The translations under genes were made by a program, and so were the position numbers. The notes under the pieces were generated by a model. That model had not been told where the DNA came from. It saw only the letters and a program-made list of their open reading frames with translations, and did not search any database. Positions 22,345 through 34,400 of a stretch of DNA of 64,000 nt are shown in pieces (the stretch's first letter is position 1; the number at the start of each line of letters is the position of its first letter). Where the stretch lies: NCBI GenBank assembly GCA_002269645.1, contig NIVC01000067.1:372001-436000 (forward strand), given 5' to 3'. The DNA comes from Macrostomum lignano. Taxonomy: Eukaryota.

Positions 22345-25300
22345 TAGACAGACAGACAGGCCCTGGGAGGCCCTGGTGAGGAAATGTGATTCAAGATTAG
22401 CATTTTGCTAAGCCAACACAGGCAGCGGAGATGAGTTCAGGGAGGCCCTGGCGAAGAAGCAGAAGGGATGCCTCGCATCAGCCTCTGTATGCCGATTTCC
22501 TGTTTTCCCCTTCTCTCTTTCCCCATTTCATTCGCTTTCTCTTCTCCTAGCCTGCAAATCGGAATTCCCAGACGCGTCTTTGAATTGATCTTCTCCCAAA
22601 TCCAGTCTGGAATTCCGGGCTCGAGTCCTGAACGCGCCTTACATTTCCTTTTCTAAATTTTTGCAAATCATCTTTTTTTTCGATTTTTCACCGAAGCCGG
22701 TTCGGCGCACCCCCCCCCCCAACCCCAGGTCACTGATGAGGTAATTGAAAATCGTTTTGAAAAAAAAAATCGGATTAAAAATTCTTTTAAGGAAGACATG
22801 AAAAGATATGAGAGAGACAGAGCACGAGACACAAGGTGGGGAGACAGAGAGAGAGGGAGACACAAGGTGGAAGACAGAGAGAGAGAGCGGGAAACACAAG
22901 GTGGAAGACAGAGAGAGAGGGAGACACAAGGTGGAAGACAGAGAGAGAGAGCGGGAAACACAAGGTGGAAGACAGAGAGAGAGAGCGGGAAACACAAGGT
23001 GGGAGACACAGAGAGAGAGCGGGAAACACAAGGTGGAAGACAGAGAGAGAGCGGGAAACACAAGGTGGGAGACAGAGAGAGAGCGGGAAACACAAGGTGG
23101 GAGACAGAGAGAGAGCGGGAAACACAAGGTGGGAGACAGAGAGAGAGGGAGACACAAGGTGGGAGACAGAGAGAGAGAGAGCGGGAGACACAAGGTGGGA
23201 GACAGAGAGAGAGGGAGACACAAGGTGGGAGACAGAGAGAGAGGGAGACACAAGGTGGGAGACAGAGAGAGAGAGGGAGACACAAGGTGGGAGACAGAGA
23301 GAGAGAGGGAGACACAAGGTGGGAGACAGAGAGAGAGAGGGAGACACAAGGTGGGAGACAGAGAGAGAGCGGGAGACACAAGGTGGGAGACAGAGAGAGA
23401 GAGAGCGGGAGACACAAGGTGGGAGACAGAGAGAGAGGGAGACACAAGGTGGGAGACAGAGAGAGAGAGAGCGGGAGACACAAGGTGGGAGATAGAGAGA
23501 GAGGGAGACACAAGGTGGGAGACAGAGAGAGAGCGGGAGACACAAGGTGGGAGACAGAGAGAGAGAGAGAGCGGGAGACACAAGGTGGGAGACAGAGAGA
23601 GAGGGAGACACAAGGTGGGAGACAGAGAGAGAGGGAGACACAAGGTGGGGAGACAGAGAGAGCGGGAGACACAAGGTGGGGAGACAGAGAGAGAGGGAGA
23701 CACAAGGTGGGGAGACAGAGAGAGCGGGAGACACAAGGTGGGAGACAGAGAGAGAGAGCGGCAGACACAAGGTGGGAGACAGAGAGAGAGAGAGAGAGGG
23801 AGACACAAGGTGGGGAGACAGAGAGAGCGGGAGACACAAAGTGGGGAGACAGAGAGAGCGGGAGACACGAGGTGGGAGACAGAGAGAGAGAGCTGGAGAC
23901 ACAAGGTGGGGAGACAGAGAGAGCGGGAGACACAAGGTGGGAGACAGAGAGAGAGGGAGACACAAGGTGGGGAGACAGAGAGAGAGGGAGACACAAGGTG
24001 GGGAGACAGAGAGAGCGGGAGACACAAGGTGGGGAGACAGAGAGAGAGGGAGACACAAGGTGGGGAGACAGAGAGAGGGGGAGACACAAGGTGGGGAGAC
24101 AGAGAGAGAGGGAGACACAAGGTGGGGAGACAGAGAGAGAGGGAGACACAAGGTGGGGAGACAGAGAGAGAGGGAGACACAAGGTGGGGAGACAGAGAGA
24201 GCGGGAGACACAAGGTGGGGAGACAGAGAGAGAGGGAGACACAAGGTGGGGAGACAGAGAGAGAGCGGGAGACACAAAGACAGCAAAATCTTACCCGTTT
24301 CAACTTCATGAAAGGCCGGGAGAGAAAGTTAATCATTGCAGGCTACAATACTAAGCTCAGGTTTAAATACGCGTATATAAGTTTGTCGATTCGATCGAAA
24401 TTGCGACTCCGCGGGGGAGAGGGGCCGGGAGGAGGAGCTGTAAGACGCTGAAGTCGCCGCCGACCTCAGAGACCTCAGAGGGCTCAACTGCCTCTCTAGT
24501 CGCAATCTGTCCGAGCTCTACCGCCGCCGCTGCTCAAGGATCCGCCCCTGCTGCGCTAGCGAATCTATTTTCTTTAGCTAAGATATTCTCCGTCCCACCC
24601 TATTTCAGCAGACTGCCAGACGGAAGGGAGAGAGAGATATCGGCAAGGGCCGTGGCGCCTTCTCAGCTAGATCGTTGGGGATCTACAGGAAGGGAGGTAA
24701 GGCGAGTCACATCGGCCCGCACATGGCCAACCCCCGGTCCTGGACCAGAGTACACCGCGGAGAGGGGAGTCCGTGAGGATGGGAGAGTCGCCGAGAAGGC
24801 AGAGAGACGAGAGGAGAAGAGGCTGGCAGATGCGTGTGTATGCAGACTGTGAGAGGCCTCATCCCAGCCAAGCAGAATGGCTAAAGGGGGAATGGGATAA
24901 ACGGTGAGTGTGTGCTTGGGATAACTGGCTACATAATGCGGCATGATTTGCTGCTCCCCTCCCCTCCGGGCAGCAATTGCTTGGCCTTGTTTGAGGATGC
25001 CGGGGCGGGGATAGCGGAACAGCTCTGGTGCGGCTTCAAGCATGCAGTCAGGGCCGCTTGTTGCCTCAGTCCGACAAGTGCTGTTTTACTGTTTTGCTGT
25101 TTTGCTGTTTTGCTGTTTTACTGTTTTGCTGTTTTGCTGTTTTACTGTTTTGCTGTTTTGCTGTTTTACTGTTTTGCTGTTTTGCTGTTTTACTGTTTTG
25201 CTGTTTTGCTGTTTTGCTGTTTTGCTGTTTTGCTGTTTTACTGTTTTGCTGTTTTGCTGTTTTGCTGTTTTGCTGTTTTGCTGTTTTGCTGTTTTGCTGT

Positions 25301-28300
25301 TTTACTGTTTTGCTGTTTTGCTGTTTTGCTGTTTTGCTGTTTTGCTGTTTTACTGTTTTTCTGTTTTACTGTTTTACTGTTTTGCTGTTTTGCTGTTTTG
25401 CTGTTTTACTGTTTTGCTGTTTTGCTGTTTTGCTGTTTTACTGTTTTGCTGTTTTGCTGTTTTGCTGTTTTGCTGTTTTACTGTTTTGCTGTTTTGCTGT
25501 TTTGCTGTTTTACTGTTTTGCTGTTTTGCTGTTTTGCTGTTTTACTGTTTTGCTGTTTTGCTGTTTTGCTGTTTTGCTGTTATGCTGTTTTGCTGTTTTT
25601 CTGTTTTTCTGTTTTGCTGTTTTACTGTTTTGCTGTTTTGCTGTTTTACTGTTTTGCTGTTTTGCTGTTTTGCTGTTTTGCTGTTATGCTGTTTTGCTGT
25701 TTTTCTGTTTTTCTGTTTTGCTGTTTTGCTGTTTTGCTGTTTTGCTGTTTTGCTGTTTTGCTGTTTTACTGTTTTGCTGTTTTACTGTTTTACTGTTTTG
25801 CTGTTTTGCTGTTTTGCTGTTTTACTGTTCTGCTGTTTTGCTGTTTTGCTGTTTTGCTGTTTTACTGTTTTACTGTTTTGCTGTTTTGCTGTTTTGCTGT
25901 TTTACTGTTTTGCTGTTTTGCTGTTTTGCTGTTTTGCTGTTTTGCTGTTTTACTGTTTTGCTGTTTTACTGTTTTGCTGTTTTGCTGTTTTGCTGTTTTA
26001 CTGTTCTGCTGTTTTGCTGTTTTGCTGTTTTGCTGTTTTGCTGTTTTGCTGTTTTGCTGTTTTGCTGTTTTGCTGTTTTGCTGTTATGCTGTTTTGCTGT
26101 TTTGCTGTTTTGCTGTTTTGCTGTTTTGCTGTTTTGCTGTCGGAAAAGCAAGCTTTGCTAGCTTCACTGAATCGCGGCAGTGCAAGTGTTTCCAGCAAAA
26201 AACCCAATGCATAATTTACACCGCTGGCCAAGTGATAGCCCCCCCCCTGCTCAAGCTCAATGCGACCGTTCGAGAGCCGCTTGGGAGTTGCCGAGTCGAC
26301 CGTCTCCCCTTTCCCTTGACCCGGCCAATTTGTCGGGGGCCTTCGGCAGCGAGGAAAATTGAAGCAGAGAGCCGCCGAGGGGATGTGGGAGCCGGCCAGA
26401 AAAGAGGAAGGAGAAAGTGGAGAGGGCGATAAATCATGTCGGACTGTCAGGAGGTCGGGAGCCGAGAGGGTTTCAGGGGTGAGTCCGGGTCATTCTTCAC
26501 ACTGCATTCAAAATATTCCCCACCCCATCCCCAGTCAGCTCGGAGAAGAGAAATGAAAACGTCAATCAAATAACCGGGAGGGAAGAGCATTTTGTTTGTC
26601 CTGCATAAATGCGCTGGATGCGAAGTCAGTTTCGGTTCCAGAAATGGAAAGCAATACTAGACGAGGCTGTCGGAATTGTAAAATAATTATCAGCTCAGCC
26701 CAGCTCTCGTTTACAGATTTCAGTAACTCAGCACCACACACTGTACACCTGACACAGCTCAGCACCCGTCACTGTACACCTGACACAACTCAGCAACCCA
26801 CACTGTACACCTGACACAGCTCAGCACCCCACACTGTACACCTGACACAACTCAGCAACCCACACTGTACACCTGACACAACTCAGCACCCGTCACTGTA
26901 CACCTGACACAGCTCAGCACCCCACACTGTACACCTGACACAGCTCAGCAACCCACACTGTACACCTGACACAACTCAGCAACCCACACTGTACACCTGA
27001 CACAACTCAGCAACCCACACTGTACACCTGACACAACTCAGCAACCCACACTGTACACCTGACACGACTCAGCAACCCACACTGTACACCTGACACAGCT
27101 CAGCACCCGTCACTGTCCAATTACCCACCATCGCAGCATCGGTCGTGGAGTCCGTGGACGAGCCTGCGCCGGACAGACAGTCAGACAGGCAGCTGCCGAC
27201 ATCCTCCTCGAAGTCGCGGGCGCCCGGCTGGCCAGCTCCGTAGACGTCGTCGCGGTCGCGGCCCGGCAGGGTGTAGGTGCCGGTGTCGCTGTGGGCGTAG
27301 CAGGAGGAAGCCGGCCAAGCCTGCTGAAGCTCCGGCAACTCCGCCGCATTCGACAGATCGACAGCTTCGGCGGTGGCCACTTCGCTGGCGTCGCTGTTGA
27401 ACAGGCGCTCAAATAGGAAGCGCTTCGACCCGGCCGGCAGCACAGGAGGCGGGGGATCCGGCTGTGTCGGAGGCGGAGGCGGTGGGGGTGGCGGCGGCGC
27501 CGTCCGTTTGAGAGGCGGCTGGCTCGATCGGCGAGCGGCGGCCGGAGTCTGCGCTGGCGCTGGCGCGGCTCTTGTCGCCGGCGCCGCCGCTGCCGCCGCC
27601 TTTTTTAAAACTGGTTGCGTCCGGCAGCGAGCGGATGCGGAGGCGGATGCGGAGGCGGATGTGGAAGCTGGGCGCTGACGCACTGACGCTGTCGAAGATG
27701 AAGACGAGTGAGTGCGCGCCGTTTTCAATGCCAACGCCGTTTGCTGATTTGCTTTCGTCTTCTGCTGCTTTGGCTGCTGCTTTGGCTGCGGCAATTGCTT
27801 CTTCTGTGATCGCCCGCTCGAGAAAGATCCGCCCAGTGAGGCGATGGCGGCGGGACTCCTGCGGGTTCAGCGTCAACTCCTTGATAAATTAATATATAAA
27901 TATTCTCACAACCAGCGCTGACGGCAATTCTGCGCATTCCACTGACTTCTGAGCGCCAGCGCGCCAATACTGTACGGTACAGCGCGGCTCTGACTTTCTA
28001 ATCCTGTCAGACATGTACACTCTGTCTGTGCCTTGGGGGGGGGAATCGAACCAGTGGTCGCCGCGCGAGAGTCAGACGCTGCCCTGCACCTCGGCAACCC
28101 CCTCAGCTACCTGGCTGACGGCCTGCTCGCCGCCTGAGGCTGCTGCTCAGTCTGCGCCCGCTGCAGCCGCTGTCGGAGCTCCTCGAGCCGTCGCTGTTTG
28201 GACTGCTCGCGCTCCTGGAAGCTGCGGCGGATCCGAGGCGGCATTCGGCTGCTCTGCAGGTCGGTGGTCATGGCCGTCTCCGATGAGCCGCCACCGCCGC

Positions 28301-28377
28301 CATCGACGTTGGCTTCAACGATCTCGTCGCTGTCAAAGGTGATCATAAACGCCTCGGCCTGCTTGGGCGGCGGCGGC

Positions 28378-28408
<31 letters not shown>

Positions 28409-31400
28409 ATGGCGCTGGAAACTCCTCTGACTCCATCGGCCGTTCCGGGACGCCATCAGGCTCGGGTTCTTCGTCGACCTCCATGCCCCACCAGGCTGGC
28501 TGGCCGAACAGCTCTGCTCAAGATGTTCGGAAAGGCGGGTTCGTCAGTTAATTTTCAGGGGGGAGGGGCTGTGGGCGCTGCCGCTAGTCATGGGCAGCGA
28601 GGAGGTAGACACGCGCTCACACGGGGTGTACAGCTGCCCTGACTCTCTCATCGTCAAGGGCATGTACACACTGTGCCTTGGGGGTTGGCCGTCATGAGCG
28701 AAACTCCCTCTGACCCAATCGCAGGCCAACTAATGCGCACAGAATCGAACCCCGGCACCTAAACCTTGACTTGAGGCATGGGGGCCTCAACCGAGAATTC
28801 AATACTGAGTGCCTCAGAGTCAACATGTGCCTGAAATAGAGGCACGGCTTGCTAGAGAGATAGTTTAAGGCCAGACATGTAATTAGCTCTTCTGAGCTCT
28901 GTCCCACCTGAAGAGGCAATCCGTAATAACAGAAGCCAAGACTGAAACTCTCTCCTAGGAGAAGAAGGCTGCTTGCAGTCAGCCGCGTCAAGGGCTATAA
29001 GAGTTGATAATGACAGGCAAATAGGCAGGTGACTTGCACGGCATCCCTTCGCATCTCCCAACGCGCAGCATCTTTATCTCGCCTCATCTAATTTTCCCCC
29101 GAAGAAAATAACCCGCCGCCTAAATTAGCTTTTTCTTGTCCTGAAGGCTCGGTGCGAGCTGCTCAGGCAATTTGAGGCGACAAGAGCTGTCATTTGTACG
29201 GTGGTTCGGTAAGCCGCTGGCTAATCACTGCAATCACCATTATCATCCTGTTTGTCAGGGCTGATGTAGGCGGGGGCGGGTGAGGCCAAAATACTAAAAT
29301 AAGCGCAATCTTAATTAACTACACCGGGCAGAGAAAATTTTATGAAATCGCAGAAAATTAACCTCGAATTTTTCGCCTTCGAGTGGCTTCGTTGGCAACC
29401 GTCATATTTGAGTCGGTGGACACCCCTGGCTGATCGTCTGGACAGGCAGCAGCGGTCACCCTCGACTGGCTGTCTGGACAGGCAGCAGCGGACACCTTTG
29501 ACTGGCTGTCTGGACAGGCAGCAGCGGACACCTTTGACTGGCTGTCTGGACAGGCAGCAGCGGACACCCTCGACTGGCTGTCTGGACAGGCAGCAGCGGA
29601 CACCTTTGACTGGCTGTCTGGACAGGCAGCAGCGGACACCCTCGACTGGCTGTCTGGACAGGCAGCAGCGGACACCTTTGATTGGCTGTCTGGACAGGCA
29701 GCAGCGGACACCTTTGACTGGCTGTCTGGACAGGCAGCAGCGGTCACCCTCGACTGGCTGTCTGGACAGGCAGCAGCGGACACCTTTGACTGGCTGTCTG
29801 GACAGGCAACAGCGGACACCTTTGACTGGCTGTCTGGACAGGCAACAGCGGACACCTTTGACTGGCTGACTGGACAGGCAGCAGCGGACACCCTCGACTG
29901 GCTGTCTGGACAGGCAGCAGCGGACACCCTCGACTGGCTGTCTGGACAGGCAGCAGCGGACACCTTTGATTGGCTGTCTGGACAGGCAGCAGCGGACACC
30001 TTTGATTGGCTGTCTGGACAGGCAGCAGCGGACATCCTCGGCTGACCTTCTCGACCAGAATCCATGGTCGCCATGGACTGTCCCATCGAATAGGCGGCCT
30101 CGGACACAGTCGACGACTTTCTATCGGGTTCCTTGCTAGCTGGAAGCTGCTTGCTTTTACTTTCAAACTCTGCCGCCCCAGAATCCGTATTGAAGTTTAG
30201 CAGCTCCTTCTCGTGATAGGTGCAGAGCCTGTCTCTGTCCAGCCGGCTCCAGTCCAGGTTGCTGTCGCTCACGCAAGCCTACGAATGAATAATTATGAAT
30301 ATTATTATATGAATACGAGTAATTATAATGAATATGAATATGCTTGCGGTTATGAATATAAATTGACGAGAAACAAAGATTTTTTGTAAAATTTTAAGAG
30401 GCTGGTTTTACCAAAAAATACATTACGGAGAGATAGAATGTTTTCATTTTTTTCAGCACGAAAATTGTTATTGAAATTGATGGGAGGCAGAGCCAATGTC
30501 CAGCTTTTGATATGTCTGGCCTTTCTCATAGTTCTGTGGATTTTCATAGACCTTCTAGTTTATAAAATAAGGATTCTATGCTAATTTCATATCCTACATA
30601 CATGTCCTGTGTCTGGAAATCATAAAAATGGCGTGACTCATCGGCTTTATTAATGTGATTTTGACTGCGTTGTCAATACAGTAATTATTATGTAAGTTGA
30701 TAAGATTATGAATTTGAATATTATTTAAACACCCAAATTTCCATTGGCCTTTTTAATCTATAATCTATATGATATTTTAGATTTAAAAATGAAGGGGTTG
30801 TAGCCTAGTGGTCAGAGCGTCGGACTCACGACTGAAAGGTCGGAGGTTCGATTCTCGACCCACTCGAAACAATTTGTGTCCTTGAGCAAGGCACTTAACT
30901 CCGCATTGCTTCAGTTCACCCAGCTGTAAAATGGGTGCCAGCATTAGCTGGGGTAATTGAGGCTGTGTGTGGCGACCCCCCAGTCCTTGGACTGAACAGC
31001 CGTACGCAGCCTTCAGGTGCGCCGCGCAATAGCTGCGGCTGAGCTGTCGGTTGCCCATCTGCCTAATCAATTATTATCATCAATTATTATTATATGACAT
31101 TATACGGTATATTATTAAACATTTACATCTGATAAGCGCTTTGTTTGGCTTGCAGTACTCAGTTAATGAAGCCACACTTGCCATTCACTCGATAGATAGT
31201 GAGATAATAAAGCACAAATACACAATGTCAACCATGTTTGACGACATGACACCGTCAGGACTCCATACTAGCTACTCACTAGTAGGCTAATTAGCAAATT
31301 AAAATCGCTTCAGTCAAACAGCTGAGTAGGCCGGGCAGGCACGCAGTTTACCGAATGACTCACAGCGGGGAAATCCCTTTAGAGAAAGGCTACAGGGCGA

Positions 31401-34400
31401 CAGTTGGAAGAAATGAACTCTGCTGCTCAGGCTGTGACTCACCCGCATGGCTACTTGGGGGGGGGCTTCAAGGGAATCCGCAGCCGTGCACAAAAGGGAA
31501 GAAAAGTGCAAATCAGTCTGTAGCAGCAGCAGGGGTTTTAGCGCAGGGGAAAAATGAGTCAGGAACAGCAGAAGCAGAAACACGGGTGACGCATCCGGAA
31601 TGCGAAGGGTGCAACAGGGCCGGCTGTTGCCGTCGGGCCGAGTGAAGTGACGCATTCTGCTTTCGGAAATTTGCGCTACGCAGAAATTACTGATATTGTG
31701 GAACAATCTGGAGCGCAAACTCATTTTTAAGAGCGGACTGCTTCTAAGAAACCCCAGCATCAGTATTGGAGCTTTTCGAATTACGGATAATATTAATAAT
31801 AATAATTGATTACACCTGCCCCATGGGCAGATGTGCAACCGACAGCTCAGCCGCAGCTATTGTGCGGCGCATCTGAAGGCTGCGTACGGCTGTTCAGTCC
31901 AAGGACTGGGGGGTCGCCACACACAGCCTCAATTACCCCAGCTAATGCTGGCACCCATTTTACAGCTGGGTGAACTGAAGCAATGCAGAGTTAAGTGTCT
32001 TGCTCAAGGACACAAATTGTTCGAGTAAGACCGGGAATCGAACCCCCGACCTTCAAGTTGTGAGTCAGATGCTCTAACAAATAAGCTACAACCCCATCGC
32101 ATTAGAGAGCAGAGTGAGTTTTTATAAGCAGACTGAAAGGAAATAAAAGACTCAAATCAGAGCTTGTATCGAAGTCAGAATCAAGATAAAATCTGCGCCT
32201 TGCGGCGGGCAGGGCCTGTCAAGAAGGAGGTCCTCTTAAAGTTGTGTATATAATTAATAAATACTTGCCGGACATTGTCCCACAATCAGCGCTGTGAGGC
32301 AGTTCTGCCCATTTCGCTTACTCCTGAGAACACATACAATCGCGCCAATACTGTACACACGCTCGCACAGGGTGTGAGTCGCACGACAACCCCAAGCAAC
32401 CCGACTTATAGTGATAAAAATCGTTTAATCTATAGTCTATGGCCCAAAGATAATGGATTTCACACCACAGGTTTTTAAAGTTGTCGGTTTATTGCGTCAC
32501 ATTTTAAAAAAATGAAAATGAACTAATTGCTTTTTCAAGACTGGTGTCAAGACAAGTTCATAGCATATTACTCAATAACATACAAAAATTTTATTCAGCT
32601 TTAAAATTAGTCGAATTCACAAAAACCCAGTGAGCCTGCAGTCTGTCTAAAAAATGAGAGATTGAGGAAATGTTTTGTTACTCCAAGCTAGGGGTGTTCG
32701 GGGTTCGGGGTCGGGTCGGGTTTCGGGTCGGGTTTTGGTACCGGGTTCGGGGTTCGGGTCGGGTTTTGGTACCGGGTTCGGGGTTCGGGGTAGGTGTTCC
32801 GGGTCGGGTTCGGGGTTCGGGGTAGGGGTACCGGGTTCGGGGTTCGGGTCGGGTTTGGCCACCGGGTTTTCGGGGTTTTCGGGGTTTTGAACAATTATCA
32901 TTCTCAAGAGTATTTTCAAGCACTTTTTACTCCTTATGCAAAATCCACAATGCGAAAGATATGCATTGAGTTTCAGGTACAACTTAAGTTATATTTTACA
33001 TACAATTTGAAACGGAAATAGCAGATAGAACCATGGATTCATTTACACTTTCTGGTAAATAACGATTGTCGTTTTTCGACCCATTCAGTCTTGCAGTTGA
33101 TGATTTAAAAAATTACGTTCAGTAATAATTTTACATGTGCTACGTGTAACATGGTCTGAACTTCTGGATTGGATGAGGAAGCTTAAAATTTATAAATACA
33201 CTATTATTCTCCACGCATCAGTCGCCAATAATTAATTATCACTATGATTACCTACTCATATCAGCATACAATTTTATGTAAAGACGTAACTTTAGTTTTT
33301 ACATAGCAATTCTGTTATACCACTACTGACTTACTGTTAACTGTAGTCAAAAGTAAAAATAAATATATATTTGTGATTAACTCTCCTGTTTCATTGTATC
33401 ATTGTTTTATCTGTGCTATCTCTTTATCGCTCTAGTTCTATCTCTACTGATATCTACACTACAGGGTATAATCTAATTTTATTGTACTCTATTTTTGCAG
33501 CTTAAATAAACTCATAGATGTAATATTACTATGAAAGCAATTTCGTTGTAAGTATAGGTACGAAATGGTCCTGATTTTAGTTGTGAACTTTCATGTATCT
33601 TACTAATAGATCTTGGGTCTTGGTATTCCTTCCATCTCAATCCCAATCCCATTGCAAGAAGTGTTTCATATTTCTTTTCCTAGTTGTAGAGTAGCTAAGG
33701 GAAATAAAACCACAAGGCTAAGTGGTTGAAGCTGTTAAGGCACATCTCAATGTATAAAACTGATTTTAAAACTGAAATTCAAACTAAAAACTGAAAAATT
33801 GAAAACTGAAAACTGAATTTATTAAAATGATTGACCAAAATAAGCGTGAAAATGTTCGGGGTTACGTTCGGGGTCGGGTCGGGTTTTGGTACCGGGTTCG
33901 GGGTTCGGAGTTAGAAGAAATGTTCGGGACGGGGTTCGGGGTAGGGGTACCGGGTTCGGGGTAAACCCCGAACCCCGAAAAAATGGCCGACCCGAACACC
34001 CCTACTCCAAGCTGGCCCCGATTCCTCCCTTAACTACGCGGTAGTTTGAGAATTAAGCGTGTGAGTCATCGAGGCAAGAGAGCGAAACAGGTCTAAGAAT
34101 GCGACGCAAAGTTCGTCAATCTTTTTCAACTACACCTGTAGCATTTTGCAGCATCGAGTAAAATATGTAAGTACTGGTACAAGCTGGCCAAGAAAACTAA
34201 TTAGAAACTACATCCAATTAGGTAAAGGCCAAGCCAGTTGGGTGACCGGGACCAATACTTCACTATTTGGTTGCTAGAAAATCGCCAGTACACTACGAGT
34301 AAAAATTGCACCTCCGCAAAAAACTGAGGTACAAAAAACTGTGTTTCATATTTTCGTCTGGCGCTGTGGCTAGATCCGGTCAGGCAAGCGGGCATCTTGG

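Noticed and set aside
19514-26432. Long ORFs of 240-565 aa in the track (also 9151-9974, 29358-30272, 42581-43858, 47074-47856, 55823-56789)
   Set aside because: They are translations of stop-free tandem repeats, open in several frames and on both strands, and lie in introns or intergenic DNA.
30794-30866. tRNA gene (possible CAC anticodon)
   Set aside because: The anticodon and acceptor stems pair poorly, and the head is fused to a CORE-like body found in three copies, so it is a SINE head.
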